Source: Schmidtea polychroa (Eukaryota). Taken from it: DNA of 64,000 nucleotides. The translations under genes were made by a program, and so were the position numbers. Shown here piece by piece: positions 40,331 through 53,226 of the stretch. The stretch lies in the NCBI GenBank assembly GCA_044892525.1, contig CM097885.1, forward strand, positions 4,218,001 to 4,282,000, read 5' to 3'. The notes below the pieces were generated by a model. That model was not told the DNA's origin. It made no database searches and was given only the letters and a program-made list of their open reading frames with translations. Numbering within the stretch: position 1 is the stretch's first letter; each line of letters begins with the position of its first letter.

Positions 40331-42308
40331 TGTGGATGGTGGATGGTGGATTTACCTACACTAATTAAAGCGGAAGTTTCGTTTACGGGAATATTTAAAT
40401 TGTTTCAAAGATTTCCTTTGTTATTGTTATCCGTTTCTTTAGTTAAATTTGTTGCCGTCATTTTAAGGATATTATAATGTCTTTTAAGATATTTTTTTTA
40501 TAAATAAAAAATAATCGATAATAGTTAATTTTAATCTATAAATATAACATTATTGTAATTTTATTTTCTATTTTATTTTTATTTACTTTTTTAAAATCTT
40601 TAATTTTCCGAGTGGATATATATATATATATATATAATCTACATTTTATTTACCATTTCGTTCAATTGTCAATTGATGTTCTAATGATTTATTGCGGTTG
40701 TCAAAACAATGTTGTTTATTTTAATTCCAAGATTGTTGAAAAAACATTGCGCGCAAACCTTATAGAAACAAAAAACAATAATTGCGAGCAACTACAATTT
40801 TTGTGGGATAAGTTGTAAAAAATATAGTAAAAATTTTATGAAAGAAATTGTAAAAGCGTTGGGTGAATACTACAACTACACACTAAACTAACACAAAACT
40901 AGTAAAACCAATAGATTTTTTGTGTTCCGGGATTATAAATTATAATATTTTGCTTATTGACCAGAAAATATCAAATGATTTTAAATCTGCCAAGTTAAAA
41001 CCAGTGTATCTTCAAATAAAAGTATATGATGAAGATAGACAATATTTACGAATTCAAAAATAAACCAAAACACAAAGAAATTTCCAGAAAGTTCGATTTA
41101 AAAATTTAAATTCCAAACAAATTTCACACGAATATAAATTCCAATAGAATCATTCGACAATCGCAAAAACACCCAAAAAATAAACAAATTTAAACTTGCA
41201 GACGAGTACACAACTCTCACTCCCACAGCCCCACAAACAGCCGTGAACACAAAATCCAACAACAATACCAACACAAACTACCAAATTAGGCGGCCGAAAC
41301 ACCCATAGTTACATCACTTAACAATCCTGTTGGTAATATTTCACTTGATTGAATCCCAATAGGCAAATAAGTTCTGTTATTAAAACTAGTCCTATTCAAT
41401 TCGTTCCTGGTCCTCTTATATCGCACTGTTTTCTATTTTATATGTTCTCTTCATAATCTTAATTGATAGATCTTAAAACAATTCACACTTTCATGTTTGG
41501 CTTACCACGATATCCTTACCTTGAAAAGTTGCATAGCATTCTGACGTTTATGTGTCGAGAAATTACATTATTCTTTTATGGTCGCTATACGATTAAATAG
41601 CAGCATTTTTATCTCTGATGAATTCTGCATAAACCTATTACTCAGATTGAATATTTTAGGGACGATGAAGCTTTTTGTGGTCCTGATATACGATTAATTT
41701 AAAGGACGGGCATTCTGAAAACATGGCCTTGAGAGCGATACACAAATTGGACAGTTGAGCTAACAGTTTTGATTTGCAATCCTTTTTTCAAACCTGCGTC
41801 TAGAAACTGTCATTTTTTTCGATCTTTCTGTATCTTCTGCACATTTTCTAGATATATTAGAGCAGGGATTCCGATATGTATTGTTTGATATATTTTTATT
41901 TTACATGTAGTGGGTTACAGGTAACCAAAATTATACCTGTTCGTGCTGTTACCAGCGTAACCCAAAATACAACATGTATCTTTCCGCTTGGTACCCGTTG
42001 AGTAATCAACGTTGGTACTGTACCAAGGGTTGAGTGCTCGCAAAAAGTGAGCGCAATAAGGCACTATAATTGTCGAGCACTCGATAGGTTCACGGACTAC
42101 CGTTAGAAGGTTTGTGTCCGATTTTCCTCAGGTCCCTTACCAACATTGTTTTCCCAAAATTTCCACACGCCAATTTTTCAGTCACTCAATATTTGTAAAC
42201 AACATGCCTCATACAATAATCTAACTACGTTTGTAATTACACAATGACAATAAACAACAAAAAAAAATTCAAAGTATATGGCCTCAGTGACTGTTCTTGT
42301 TACTGAAA

Positions 42309-42775
42309 TTACGTTGATGTCGACCTTTCTTGTCGCTCATACTCGGCTAATCTAGCCTTCTTTAATTTTTCCCGGATGTTCCGTCCCAATCGTTTTCTTT
42401 TGGGTTTCTCTTTCACGGCCGGAGGGTATATTGCTGTTAGCTCCACGGTCAACGGCCGGATTTGGCTGATTGCGGCCCCGTGAACCACTTGCTCATTGCG
42501 CTCGGTTTCTAACGCGCGGAGTTGGAGCTTCAGTGCCCGGATCTCCATCTGATCCTGCGTGGCTTGAGTTTGTAGTTGGAGGACCTGCGCTACCTTCTTT
42601 TTCATGTCCTCGGGACTGAACCAGGTGCCTTCGAGTTCTCGGCACCTCCCTTTGAGCTTGTCCACTCATACGCGGAGCTCCTCGGCCTGTTTTTGGGCTT
42701 CTTCTCTGTCCTTTCGTAGATTTTCAAATAGTTTGAACACTAGACAAAATTCAATGATTACCTTCTTGCAGCATA
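42309..42775 (-). pseudogene. Unknown coiled-coil protein with EGTWFSP motif and basic tail (in-frame TGA upstream of the listed ORF)
   Basis: ORF 42309-42665 extends upstream through one TGA. It shares EGTWFSP..MK with 49847-50500. Confidence 0.5.
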
Positions 42776-42952
42776 CCACTCATTCAATTATATAATAAGG
42801 TCAATATTATACATAACGATATTTTTAGATATTAAACACGCAATTCATTCATAAGATAATTTATTAAAAGGAGTAAAATAATTCATCACTAAAGTCAAAG
42901 TTCAATTAAGTCGTGGCTGATGATATTTACGAAAAAAAATATCGACAATGAG

Positions 42953-43305
42953 TCAGGTCGGACACTTGCGAGGCCTTCCCCTCTTCCGTGGGGTTGACTC
43001 GGCCTCTTCTAGGTCCTCTACGGTTTTCCCTTCCTTGTTTGCCCGGATTTGCAAGTCGATTTTCCTCAATCGCATCTGGGCTGCATCTACCTCGATGGCC
43101 GCTCGGTCGCGGGCCTCCTGCAACGAATCGTTCGAGGGCTCTGTCTTTACCCACGCCGGGGCATCCGGTTCTGGGCCACTTCGGATCACTGGACCGAAGT
43201 TGTCGAGATCCAATCCACGATTCCAATCGTGGATACGGTACCAGTGATCCGGGTGATCAATTGTCGATCGGCTTCTTCGTTACTACTGCTGTCAGAGTAG
43301 GACAT
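42953..43305 (-). pseudogene. Unknown small protein with a C-terminal AT-hook (KRGRPRK), apparently frameshifted near its start
   Basis: ATG at 43305 (MSYSDSSSNEEAD) follows a TTTTTGCAG acceptor-like site. A frameshift leads into IDHPDHWY...STPRKRGRPRKCPT*. GC-rich island. Confidence 0.45.
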
Positions 43306-44229
43306 TTCTGCAAAAATAGTAATCAGGGCACTTTAAACCGATTTTGTTATGAATTAAACCTAGGCTTTTGTTAACCCCCTGTTTTCCCTTCAGGATCTTT
43401 AAGAAGAAAAATAAGTAACAATAAATCTCATTTTATGGCTGGAATCGGTAAATCTTAGGCACAATGGAGTGAAATTCCATATTTTATCAACTGAATAGCA
43501 AAAGGAATTTTATCCAAAATCCGTTTGTTTTAACTAATTAATTAAATCCATAAAATTTTGTTTACCACTAAGTGGTAATTTACATTATAATTTATAAATT
43601 CTAATTTAGAATTTGTAAAATTTTAAAGTTTAGATCATTAAATTTCTTATGCCACTAAATTCGGGCACGCTGGGGTGACGGGTACTAGTAGCGAGCCTAG
43701 CTTCTCGTCTATTTACCTCTCCTCCAGTTGCGCTCGTCCTGAGTGGTACAATCTCCTTTGGGTAATTTACCTATTAACATTAAATTTTAAATTTTAGATA
43801 TCATTGATAGAAGATTGGATGGAAATGAATTATTTTAGCTTTGAAGGGTCGTTCTACGATTCCCCACTGGTAAATTCGTTCCCTGTATTATAAATATTTC
43901 GTGCTTACAGTTTATTAAAGCTTAAATTTGACGATCCAAGCAATAATGCTTTTGTATGTTAGGAAAATCTACTTTTATAATTTAACCGAGATTGACAAGA
44001 TTATTTTATGTATTGATGGTTCGTACACTTCTTAGTAACCCGAAGGGCTTGATTACTATATTCTCGCTTAGGATAAATGATCCCAACATTTTCTCTGGGG
44101 GGGGGGGGTGTTATTAAAATTAGATTTTAGGAATTATGATCATTCCTATTGGAGTAAAGGGGTTAGCGCTAAATTTAGTTATGGGGGGAAATCTTAAATC
44201 GATATTTTGATCAAATTTTTATTTTCGGA

Positions 44230-44435
44230 GACTAATCATATAATAATAATAATAACAATAGTAAAAATGACGATAATAACAAAATTAATAATGGTAATAG
44301 TTGTAACGATGATGATAATAAGGGTAACAATAGTGATAATCCTAATGATGATAGTAGTAATAATAATAATAACAATAATAATGCTAATAATGATAGTAAT
44401 GCTAATAATAGTCATAATAGTAAATATAATGATGA
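44230..44435 (+). repeat. Degenerate (AAT)n low-complexity tract
   Basis: AAT/GAT/AGT triplet run. Confidence 0.8.
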
Positions 44436-46891
44436 TCATGGCACGCTTTATATTTAATCTATAGGTTCTTTTAATCCATAATTTATCAAGGTCTCATATT
44501 CCCAATCCTTAGCATATCTCCAAAGATAAACTATTATAGTTATTTATATTTTATACTTTTAGAATCAGACATTGATTATGATCAGTTATGATTATAATTA
44601 TAATTTATATTTATAATTTACATATCATAATCGGAATTTAGATTTTATAGTTGACAGTTATATCTTATAATTACTATTTAGATTTTATAATTTAAATTTA
44701 GCCTTTATAATCTATATCTAACGATTTACAATTTACATTGTCATGATCAACTTGATACATGATTATAATTTATTTTCTACCTTTATAATTCATATTTATA
44801 CTAAAACTTTATATCTAACTATTTATATTTTATAAAATTTACAGGTAACTACTGGTAGTTTCTATTTTTATAAGCAAATTTCATCTATAATAATGTGTAA
44901 TTTATATCTGCATAACTCAAATGGACATATAAGTTATAAGTTATTTCTACATTTATAATTCGTGTTTCTAGCTATTTATAATTTATATTTATAATAAAAG
45001 TTTATATCAAACTATTTATATTTTATAATAAAATTTACTTGTAACTACTTGGAATTTATATCTTGTCGGCGAATTTATCTATAACCATCACTTTAAAAGG
45101 AACTAAAACTATAAACGTAATTCAAGATGAAATTAAGATGGGATTTTATGTTCTGAAGGGTCTATTATTTGTATTTTTCTTTTATGATTCATTTAATGCA
45201 AAATCCGAACCCTGCCGATACATCTATCGAGTCCTTATTACTGAGTCCGTCGTTAAAGAAAATCGTTATTTTATCAGAAATTTTATTTGAGTCATTTCCC
45301 AAAGCTATGTTTGACAATGTATAGGCAGAGTTAGTTTTGAAGAATTCAACCGTCCATATTAAGTGTGAATTGTGATAAATTTAAGTCTGAGATCTACTCA
45401 GTTTATTAGCCTTAGGGTATTACTGTTGTTGTGATTTTAAATGTTGAAGTTAATTATGTTGTGCTTTGAGTCGGGAAGAATATTGCTTTCGTGGCCCCAC
45501 TGGAACCACTACGACAAACTTTAATGTTGTATTGTAAGTCGACCATTTACGGCTGACCTTTAATAAATAAGAAGAGTCAGGTGGAGGGTTTCCTCGACTT
45601 AACTCCATGGCAAGACCATGAAGTAGTTCGACCTCCGACTGACCCGAACAACAAAAGTTTTATAAATAATAATAATGCATGTATGCATGAGATGTGAGAT
45701 TTAATAATTAGATGCAGGACCGACCAGAGACGTGCTCAGACGCCGCTGATCCGTCGTATTTACTAAAATAGGAAAACAACTCTTAAAATTAGTTTAATCA
45801 AAAGAAAAAGAAAAATGATTGACATTAAAATAATTATATGCATAGCTAACATAACATACAAATCGAAAATACTCACTGATAATTGTTTCAGAAAATTTTT
45901 CAATAAAATATTGGCATAAAGTGATTGATTATGTCTGAAATGCATCGGTATATATACCTATTTTGTACACGTGTATGTATTGGTGCATTAAAACAAACTC
46001 GAATTCTTTTTATTCCAGAATTTTCTATTTTGCGATTTTGATATTTTTAATGGCAATTTTTGTGCCACTTATTTTTTGTTTTTATTTTTAAATTTTTATT
46101 TTTTAATTATTTTTCGTTAATTTTACGTCTATGATGGATTTGGAACGGTTCCAGAACATTCCATGTTAATTTTAATTTAATTTTTATTTTGACTGATGTT
46201 TTATGAATTTCTTTTTAGGATTTTTTATTTTTATTACTAATTTATTTATTTTTTCTAAATTTTATTGTTCTAGATGGCTTTTGTGATGGTCATCGCCATT
46301 TTTATGGAATGTTCTGGGTTTTTCTGGAATTTTTTACTGTTTTTACCGTCTTTTAAGTTATTCGAGTCTGTTTTTTGTAACTCTATGTTTATTTGGTTAT
46401 TTTTGAATTCTATTTTGCATAACTTCTTGCTTTTGTATAATTTTATTTAATTTCTGTGTTTATGTTTTTGTTGTTTTCTCCTTTAATTATTATTGTTTAT
46501 TTGGTGTATTTTTTAATATTTAACTATACTTTTTGCTTTTTGCATGTTGTGTACCTACACATTTCAGTCACAATTAGAAGTTTGGGTGTCGAAATCAGTT
46601 CTAGCCCAACATTACAGATTTATCAATTTATCATGAGCTAACCAACCATGAGTAAGACTTCATTCTAGTAATGTAAATTTAGGTATAGGTTATAAATTGT
46701 CGATATAACTTTGTCGATATTACCTTACTATTATAGCTTTGTTATTTTAAAGTTAATCAAGTTAATATTCATAGATTGATGAAATCATTCCTTTGAAAGT
46801 ACAATTGTATCATCCTAGTGTTACGAATTCGAGTATAGGTTATAAATTGTCAGTATATAAGTCACTTTCTGCAAATAACATTATGTTAGAA

Positions 46892-47267
46892 CAGTGCTTT
46901 CCAACCTTTTCATGCTTGTGACACACTTTTTAGACTTCCATCATTTCGCGACACAGCAAATCAGTTTTTACCAGAAAACCAGACGTCATACAACTTACGC
47001 CATATGGTAAACCGTTATACAAGAGACAATGAAACATATTTAAATATAAATATCGAATTCCAACGATTAACTAATAAATAGGGTAAACAAGCGTTCTTGC
47101 AGCTAAAACACGACGGACTATATATGTGTATTGTATTTCAGTCTAACAATCATTAAAAATTTTATAAAATTAAGGGACTCTGTGGCTTTTCATTATGTTC
47201 ACGCGACACGCCTATGCAGAGCTGCCGACACACTAAAGTGTCGCGACACACCGGTTGGAAAGCTCTG
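46892..47267. mobile_element. Intact hAT (Charlie/Buster-like) MITE, 376 bp
   Basis: TIRs CAGTGCTTTCCAACC and GGTTGGAAAGCTCTG (14/15 match). 8-bp TSD TGTTAGAA at 46884-46891 and 47268-47275. Subterminal CGACAC repeats. Confidence 0.92.
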
Positions 47268-47999
47268 TGTTAGAAGATGGAAGAACATTAAAGATTTTGA
47301 AACCTAAATATTACATAATAGGAACAAATAAATACAGGATAAATATACACGTGGACAATAATCAATAATATCTATGTGATGAATGAGATAAACATTATTA
47401 TATAGTGATAATAACTTATATTGTGATTATTAACAATTTGAATGTGAAACTGGAATTATATATTTTGTTTTATTGATTTATTGTTATAAACGTTATATTT
47501 TAATAGAGTAATATTGCTGTTGTTGTGATTGTTATGACTACTATGATTATTATAATTTTAAGGGTCTAAAATATCAAATTAAAAACCAACTAGCTATTCT
47601 GTTTCTGATTCAATTTTTCGACATCATCAAGGAAGAACTTCGGTAAGGGATGGTTAATTAATTTGTTTATGTATATTTATATTTTATTCTTGATTGATGG
47701 ACAAGTAATAATTTAATAACAATAAATTTATTTAATACAAATAGATTTTCTTTTTCTTCATGGTGCTGGCGACGGTGTCCTCTGGGAGCTTCTGGTGTGA
47801 GGGAGATGAGAATGAAGGTAAATCAGAGTAATTTTCCTAAGATTAGAGAGATCGAAAATTCGAGCAATATCAGCAATGAATAGGGCTTGTGAGATTTGGA
47901 TTGATAATTGCATAAATAATGAAGTGCTTGAAGAAAATGATACTCCTCACACCAGGAACCCAAATGGCATAGTCGCCAGGTAAATAGTTATCTATTCAA

Positions 48000-48867
48000 T
48001 TAATGTGTTTCGGAAATATTTTATTATATCTTTTTGTTTTTCTAATTTTGATGCGTATTAATTGAAGTTGAACGGATCGATTCGTCCTTCATGACGGTCT
48101 AAGAGTGGTGGCAGAAATGCGTGCCGTCCTTGGGTGGGTCATGAGGGGTGAGGAAATCCAGTGAGAAACAATGGTATACAATCCAAGAGTTCTGTCACCG
48201 AGTGAGATCGGCCACTTTTGTCATCGGAAGTCTTCGTTCGTCGAGCACAGGTTTGAGGTTGTTAGTAAGATATTAGAGTTTCGGAAACGGTATGAATTGA
48301 GAATCACCATCACAGCATCGCATCTCGTCGGTAGAGAATTTCGAATTAAGGCCGATTTCTTGTATTTCGTCAATAAGTCGTCTGACATCGGTTGAGATAG
48401 ATCGTTTCTTTCGCAAGAAACTCCAACGAGACTTCATGTTAGACATTACCAATTAATTTCCGAGGATGTGCACTGCCAGGGCATTGGCGAATAGATCCAT
48501 CAGTTTGACTTTGTTCAGTTCTAGATCGACGTGATTATCAGATGGTGTTTAGCCTGACATCGATAATGGCTCGCCCTAAGATAGGAAAGTAAACATTCCT
48601 CGATAATAAGACGAATTACTTGTCATGAGCCGGAGAGGAACTGTCGGCAGCGATAGGAAAAAATCATCAGCTCGTTCTGTAGGTAGATTGATTTGCGACA
48701 CAGTAGATCGGCAGTAATAGTCTGATAAGGACTCCAGAGCGTCGAGTGTAGGAGGAAGTTCGTCGAGTAACGGAGTAGACTGTCCTTATCAGAAGTCAAA
48801 TTAACAGAGGAAAATCTGAAATTAAATATTAATCTTATCGATTAGAATTGCGAGCAACTTACGCCAT
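48000..48867 (-). pseudogene. Decayed spliced gene of unknown function, divergent from the EGTWFSP ORF
   Basis: ATGGC|GTAAGT...TTCAG short intron, a protein-like frame PLLDELPPTLDALESLSDYY, and a second GT..TTAG candidate intron. Contains stops and frameshifts. Confidence 0.3.
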
Positions 48868-49846
48868 AAGAATTAGGAGTTTTTCCATAATACTAATCAA
48901 ATTTCGATGTGTCTGGAAAATCTGCCGTGATGTCATATCAGTTACTCATTGAGGACCACGACATGCATGCATCGCACCTACTCGGATAGTAGAGAGAAAG
49001 TTAACATTGCTATTACATAATTACAGCAAGGGAAATATTGAGGTTGTGGGTACGAGCAGATAGACTTCGTCATCCGAAAATAGCTGACTGCTAAGAGTAC
49101 TGAGAGTACAACGTGATGATTTATAATATAAGCATGCATAGCGACGTTTCAAGTAACTTTCGTAGTACAAACAGACGACAATATTTATACACAATCACTC
49201 CCTGTTTAGCGTCGCTATGACGACAGTTACGGCGAAAGTTTGAAATAGAAAAATTTTGATTTTAATAAAAAATTGAATACTAGTAATTCGTGAACTCCAT
49301 GTCTGACTAACCTGATTTATGACCGCGCCAGAGAACATTAGCCGCATCGAATTACCTTTTTAACTTAAAACCCAAGGTATAAGACACAATATAAAAATAT
49401 ATTTGGATAAAATAATAAATATAATTTACGATGATAAAAATAATAATAAAAATCCAATAGTAATATAGTTATTGGTAATTGTCAAACCCCGAAAACAGAC
49501 ACAAGGTTGTTATAAGTGAATAGAGTAATCTGAGAAGTCCCAGTTTCTCTTCATTGAATTTCAAACGCTTGAGTGGTTTATCTTGAATGTGAGAGGCTTG
49601 AATGGGTTTAAGTATGGTCATTTGGTATGCACGTGTGAGAAATTGTCTGATTTTATGACTAGGGGGTACGATAAAACTCGCGTCGTGAAAGTATAATTGA
49701 CGATTAAATAATGGTTGAAGTGCAAATGTAAACTTCTTAATCTTTAGATGACTACATCCACCAATTCTGGGAAAAATCTTCGTCCTTGTTTCTCCTGAGA
49801 TGATAAAAATGCGGATATCGCGCAGCTCCATCTGTATATCGGGGAA

Positions 49847-50500
49847 TTGAAAAAGAGAATTGACCTCTACGAAGGAACGTGGTTCTCCCCGCCACAAATG
49901 AAGGAAGAAAAGAGTAAGATTTTACGTCTGGAGCACTGCCGTGACAGTCTCCTAGAAGAGAGTAGGTGTCAGAGGCTAACTATAAAAGCCCAATCCGAGG
50001 CACTTCATAAAGTATATTCTGAGTCCGAAATAGCGAAGCGATATCCAATACAAGATGGGACCAACGTGTTCCCAGTGCACCACCAATCTTCAGAGCCAGC
50101 AACAACGGGTTGTAAGGGGCATGGCCTGCATTTGCCACCAATTCCTGCCCCAGTTCTCTCAGGCTATAGGCCTATGGCAGGTGGCCCATCGGATCCCATC
50201 TTGGCCCCGATCCTCGTATCACATATCGCATCATCTCCAACAGAAGCCACATTGCCACATCGGAAGCGCAAGAGGCCGACACGCTCGGAGAAAAATCAGA
50301 AGCGTAGAAACGCTATGGCCGCACTCGAAGCTTCGTTGTCCGTGGCACAGTCGACGATCAAGGAAATCTCATCCACCTATTCAATCCCCGCAAAAGAAAT
50401 ATTCCGAGTAGTCCCAGCCGACAGCATCAAATTCCTCGAAGATCGCCGGCTACCCGTTGACATTGACGAAATGATCGCTGAGGGAGAAGTTTTTCAGTGA
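49847..50500 (+). CDS. Unknown protein (217-aa ORF, probably the 3' part of a gene): coiled coil, EGTWFSP motif, Pro-rich linker, basic NLS-like cluster
   Basis: Long GC-rich ORF in AT-rich DNA, sharing a motif with 42309-42665. Confidence 0.55.
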   Translation: MKKRIDLYEGTWFSPPQMKEEKSKILRLEHCRDSLLEESRCQRLTIKAQSEALHKVYSESEIAKRYPIQDGTNVFPVHHQSSEPATTGCKGHGLHLPPIPAPVLSGYRPMAGGPSDPILAPILVSHIASSPTEATLPHRKRKRPTRSEKNQKRRNAMAALEASLSVAQSTIKEISSTYSIPAKEIFRVVPADSIKFLEDRRLPVDIDEMIAEGEVFQ

Positions 50501-51029
50501 TTCGACGCGCCATCAGCCTCGATTCTTTTCAGTTGTGAACAAACATCGCGATGATCTATGATATCTTCTCAGGAACTGTACTGCATGATTAGCTTTCTAA
50601 GTGTCTTTTCTGTGTATTAACCGTTGTATAGTATATTTTTCTTACCTTAATATAATTTTCGTTGTGTTAAGTGCGTTATTGGTATGAATTATTATGTAGT
50701 TGGTATAAATAAACTGGTAAATTTGAATGTATGCCAATGGATAAAGGTCGTCCCCTTGGACCAGGGTCGAACCGTGTTATGTGTGAGAGTGTGGGTAAGA
50801 CCTTCTATGGCACCTTAGAACCCGAACCTTGAGTGGGTTAATAGTAGTCCTAAGGCAGGGGTTCACCTGTTAACCAACCCCAACCCATGTGTGCATCACC
50901 AACGTGTAATATCTCCACGGGCTCACATGAGGGATATTGGTAAAATCATTATGGATATGCTGGGGAAGGGTCTGAGCGAAACGAAAACGATTGTATGCCT
51001 TGGACTAAAAATTTCTTTCCTCCCCACAT

Positions 51030-52273
51030 ACGCCAACATATGGAATAAAAATTTGGCGGTTATGCGATTCCTAAACAGCCTACCCACTCGGCGGAATTCC
51101 ATATACAGGTAAAGTTCACAACACCAGAGCGTTTAGACTTGGAAGAAAGGTCGTTGAAAATCTTTGTGCACATATTTTGGGACAAATCGCAATGTAACTA
51201 TGGACAATTACTCTAAAACTAAAGAATTAGCTGAAGGTCTTTTATCTAATGGTCTAACTTTAGTAGGTACTCTGCTAAAAAATAAGGCCTGTGTTCCACC
51301 CGAATTTCTGCCAAATAAAAGACAGGAAACATATTCAACTTTATTTGGTTTTCAAAATTGCATCGCATGTACCCAAGCCAGGTAAAGCAGTAATTTTTTG
51401 TCAACAATGCACCATGAGGACAATTTAACCGAAAAAAGATAGTTATGTCAGAAATAAATAAATGTTATGACTTAACCAAAGGAGGTGTTGATACTTTGGA
51501 TCAAATTATTCACGAATATATTATAAAGAGAAAAACTAATCGTTGGCCATTAGCTTTTTTTATGAATAGGTTGTCAGTAGCTCGGTGCAGTACGACATTC
51601 TGGTAACCTGGGGGGAGGCTGCTGCACACATTTTTTTCATTTCGGTTACGTAACTGCTGCAGTGGGTTACAATTATTTTTTCTGGGATTTTCTAATAGAA
51701 AAAAGGGTCTTTCGAAAAAAATCCATGATTTTTCTGACTATAGTGAGACGGTCTCCTTGAACCTGAGATTTTCAATACAAATATCAGTCTACACTAAAAA
51801 ATCCATGATTTTCTGACTATAGTGCGGGGTCTCCTTGAACCTGAGAATTCCAATACAAAAATGGTCCTGAAGAAAAAAGCCGGATTATCGTGCTACAGCA
51901 TGCTACTAACTACATACTTTTATGAATATAATAGATGGCACAGGAATTGCTGCATATGTTCTGTTGATGAAAAAATTTTCGTATTGTAACCACAGGAAAC
52001 GCAACATACGAAATTTATTCCTGCAAGAATTGGTTGAATCTCTAGTTGAACCTTACATAAGAAAGAGGCAAAATAACAAAAAATTACACTAATCGTCCAA
52101 AAATGCAATAAAAACTTATCTTGGAGCTTTGCTTACTGAAAGTTCTTCTAGCTGACCTTCAACTTCCACTTCAGGTTAAAGCCACCGAAAAGGAAACGGT
52201 GTCATTTATGTTCTTCAAATTACATGATATAATGTGATTTTATTTTACACAGTTCAGCTACTCAGTAACGAGG
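51030..52273 (+). mobile_element. piggyBac transposase pseudogene with right terminus
   Basis: YGIKIW, GIPYTGK, NRNVTMDNY, LTLVGTL.KNK, STMH and TKGGVDTLDQ...KRKTNRWPLAFFMN/IIDG. Ends ...GTAACGAGG|TTAA at 52273. Confidence 0.88.
51565..51918. mobile_element. 354-bp miniature Polinton-like element inserted in the piggyBac ORF
   Basis: TTTATG is duplicated at 51559-51564 and 51919-51924. The ends AATAGGTTGTCAGTAGC and GCTACTAACTACATACT resemble the 8423 terminus. Internal ACTATAGTG..GGTCTC and ATTTTCAATACAAA repeats are shared with the giant element. Confidence 0.75.
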
Positions 52274-52284
52274 TTAATTCTTAG

Positions 52285-52402
<118 letters not shown>

Positions 52403-53226
52403 ATAATTTAATTAATTAAAATGTAGTTATATTGAATAATTTACAATGATTATATGAAAATAATTTCAATTTGTATGTTTTCTTTTATTCTATATTATAA
52501 GTATAAAAATATATACTTTATTCAACATACTTAATTTAAAAATAAAATATTTATTACTTTATTTATTCTTCTTTAGATAGTAATAAATGTTTGTTTAAAA
52601 TATTAAAAGATATTTCTTGTAAACTGTCATTATTCAATTTCAATTTTTTTAATTTATGGGTTCAAAAGATAACTTTTCCGATTTGGAAAGGCAAGCAAAA
52701 TTGAGTGCAGAGAAATTAATAGCAGAAACTTTTGGGGTTTAAATTTTTGGTTTTAGATATCATTAATTATTTTTCAGAGATATGAAGACTTGGACAAAAT
52801 ACCTCTATTAAAGAAACGTTTTAAATCCCAAGCTGTATTTATTAGTTTCATATGACAAGTATTATCCAGTTCTAGGAAGCTACCGAAGCTCAACTGAAAT
52901 TGGTCATCCAATCTCAACTTGACGGTGTTCGAGATGGATTGGAAAAATTGGACAACTCGTTTAAAGAATGTCGTGATATTCGAAGCAGGTTTTGACACAT
53001 TTTAATAATTTCTTGTTAATAATTTCTTGTGTTACAGAATGGATGAACTCTCCAGCGAACTCGTCAACATAAAGCGGCTATCTGACGGACTCGAAGGCCT
53101 TCAAGTGCAATGCAGAAATCAGAAACAAGTTTTAATATAATTATTTGAATTGAATTGAATTGAATCATGACAAATTAATAAGCAATTGATAACATAATTA
53201 ATTGATGATATATTTTGTATAAATCC

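Noticed and set aside
42915..42945. CTGATGA...CGAAA as a hammerhead
   Set aside because: No helix II or III can form.
44207..44464. Ile-rich membrane-protein-like ORFs (also 11575, 53493, 55325, 60050)
   Set aside because: They are translations of (AAT/ATT)n microsatellites.
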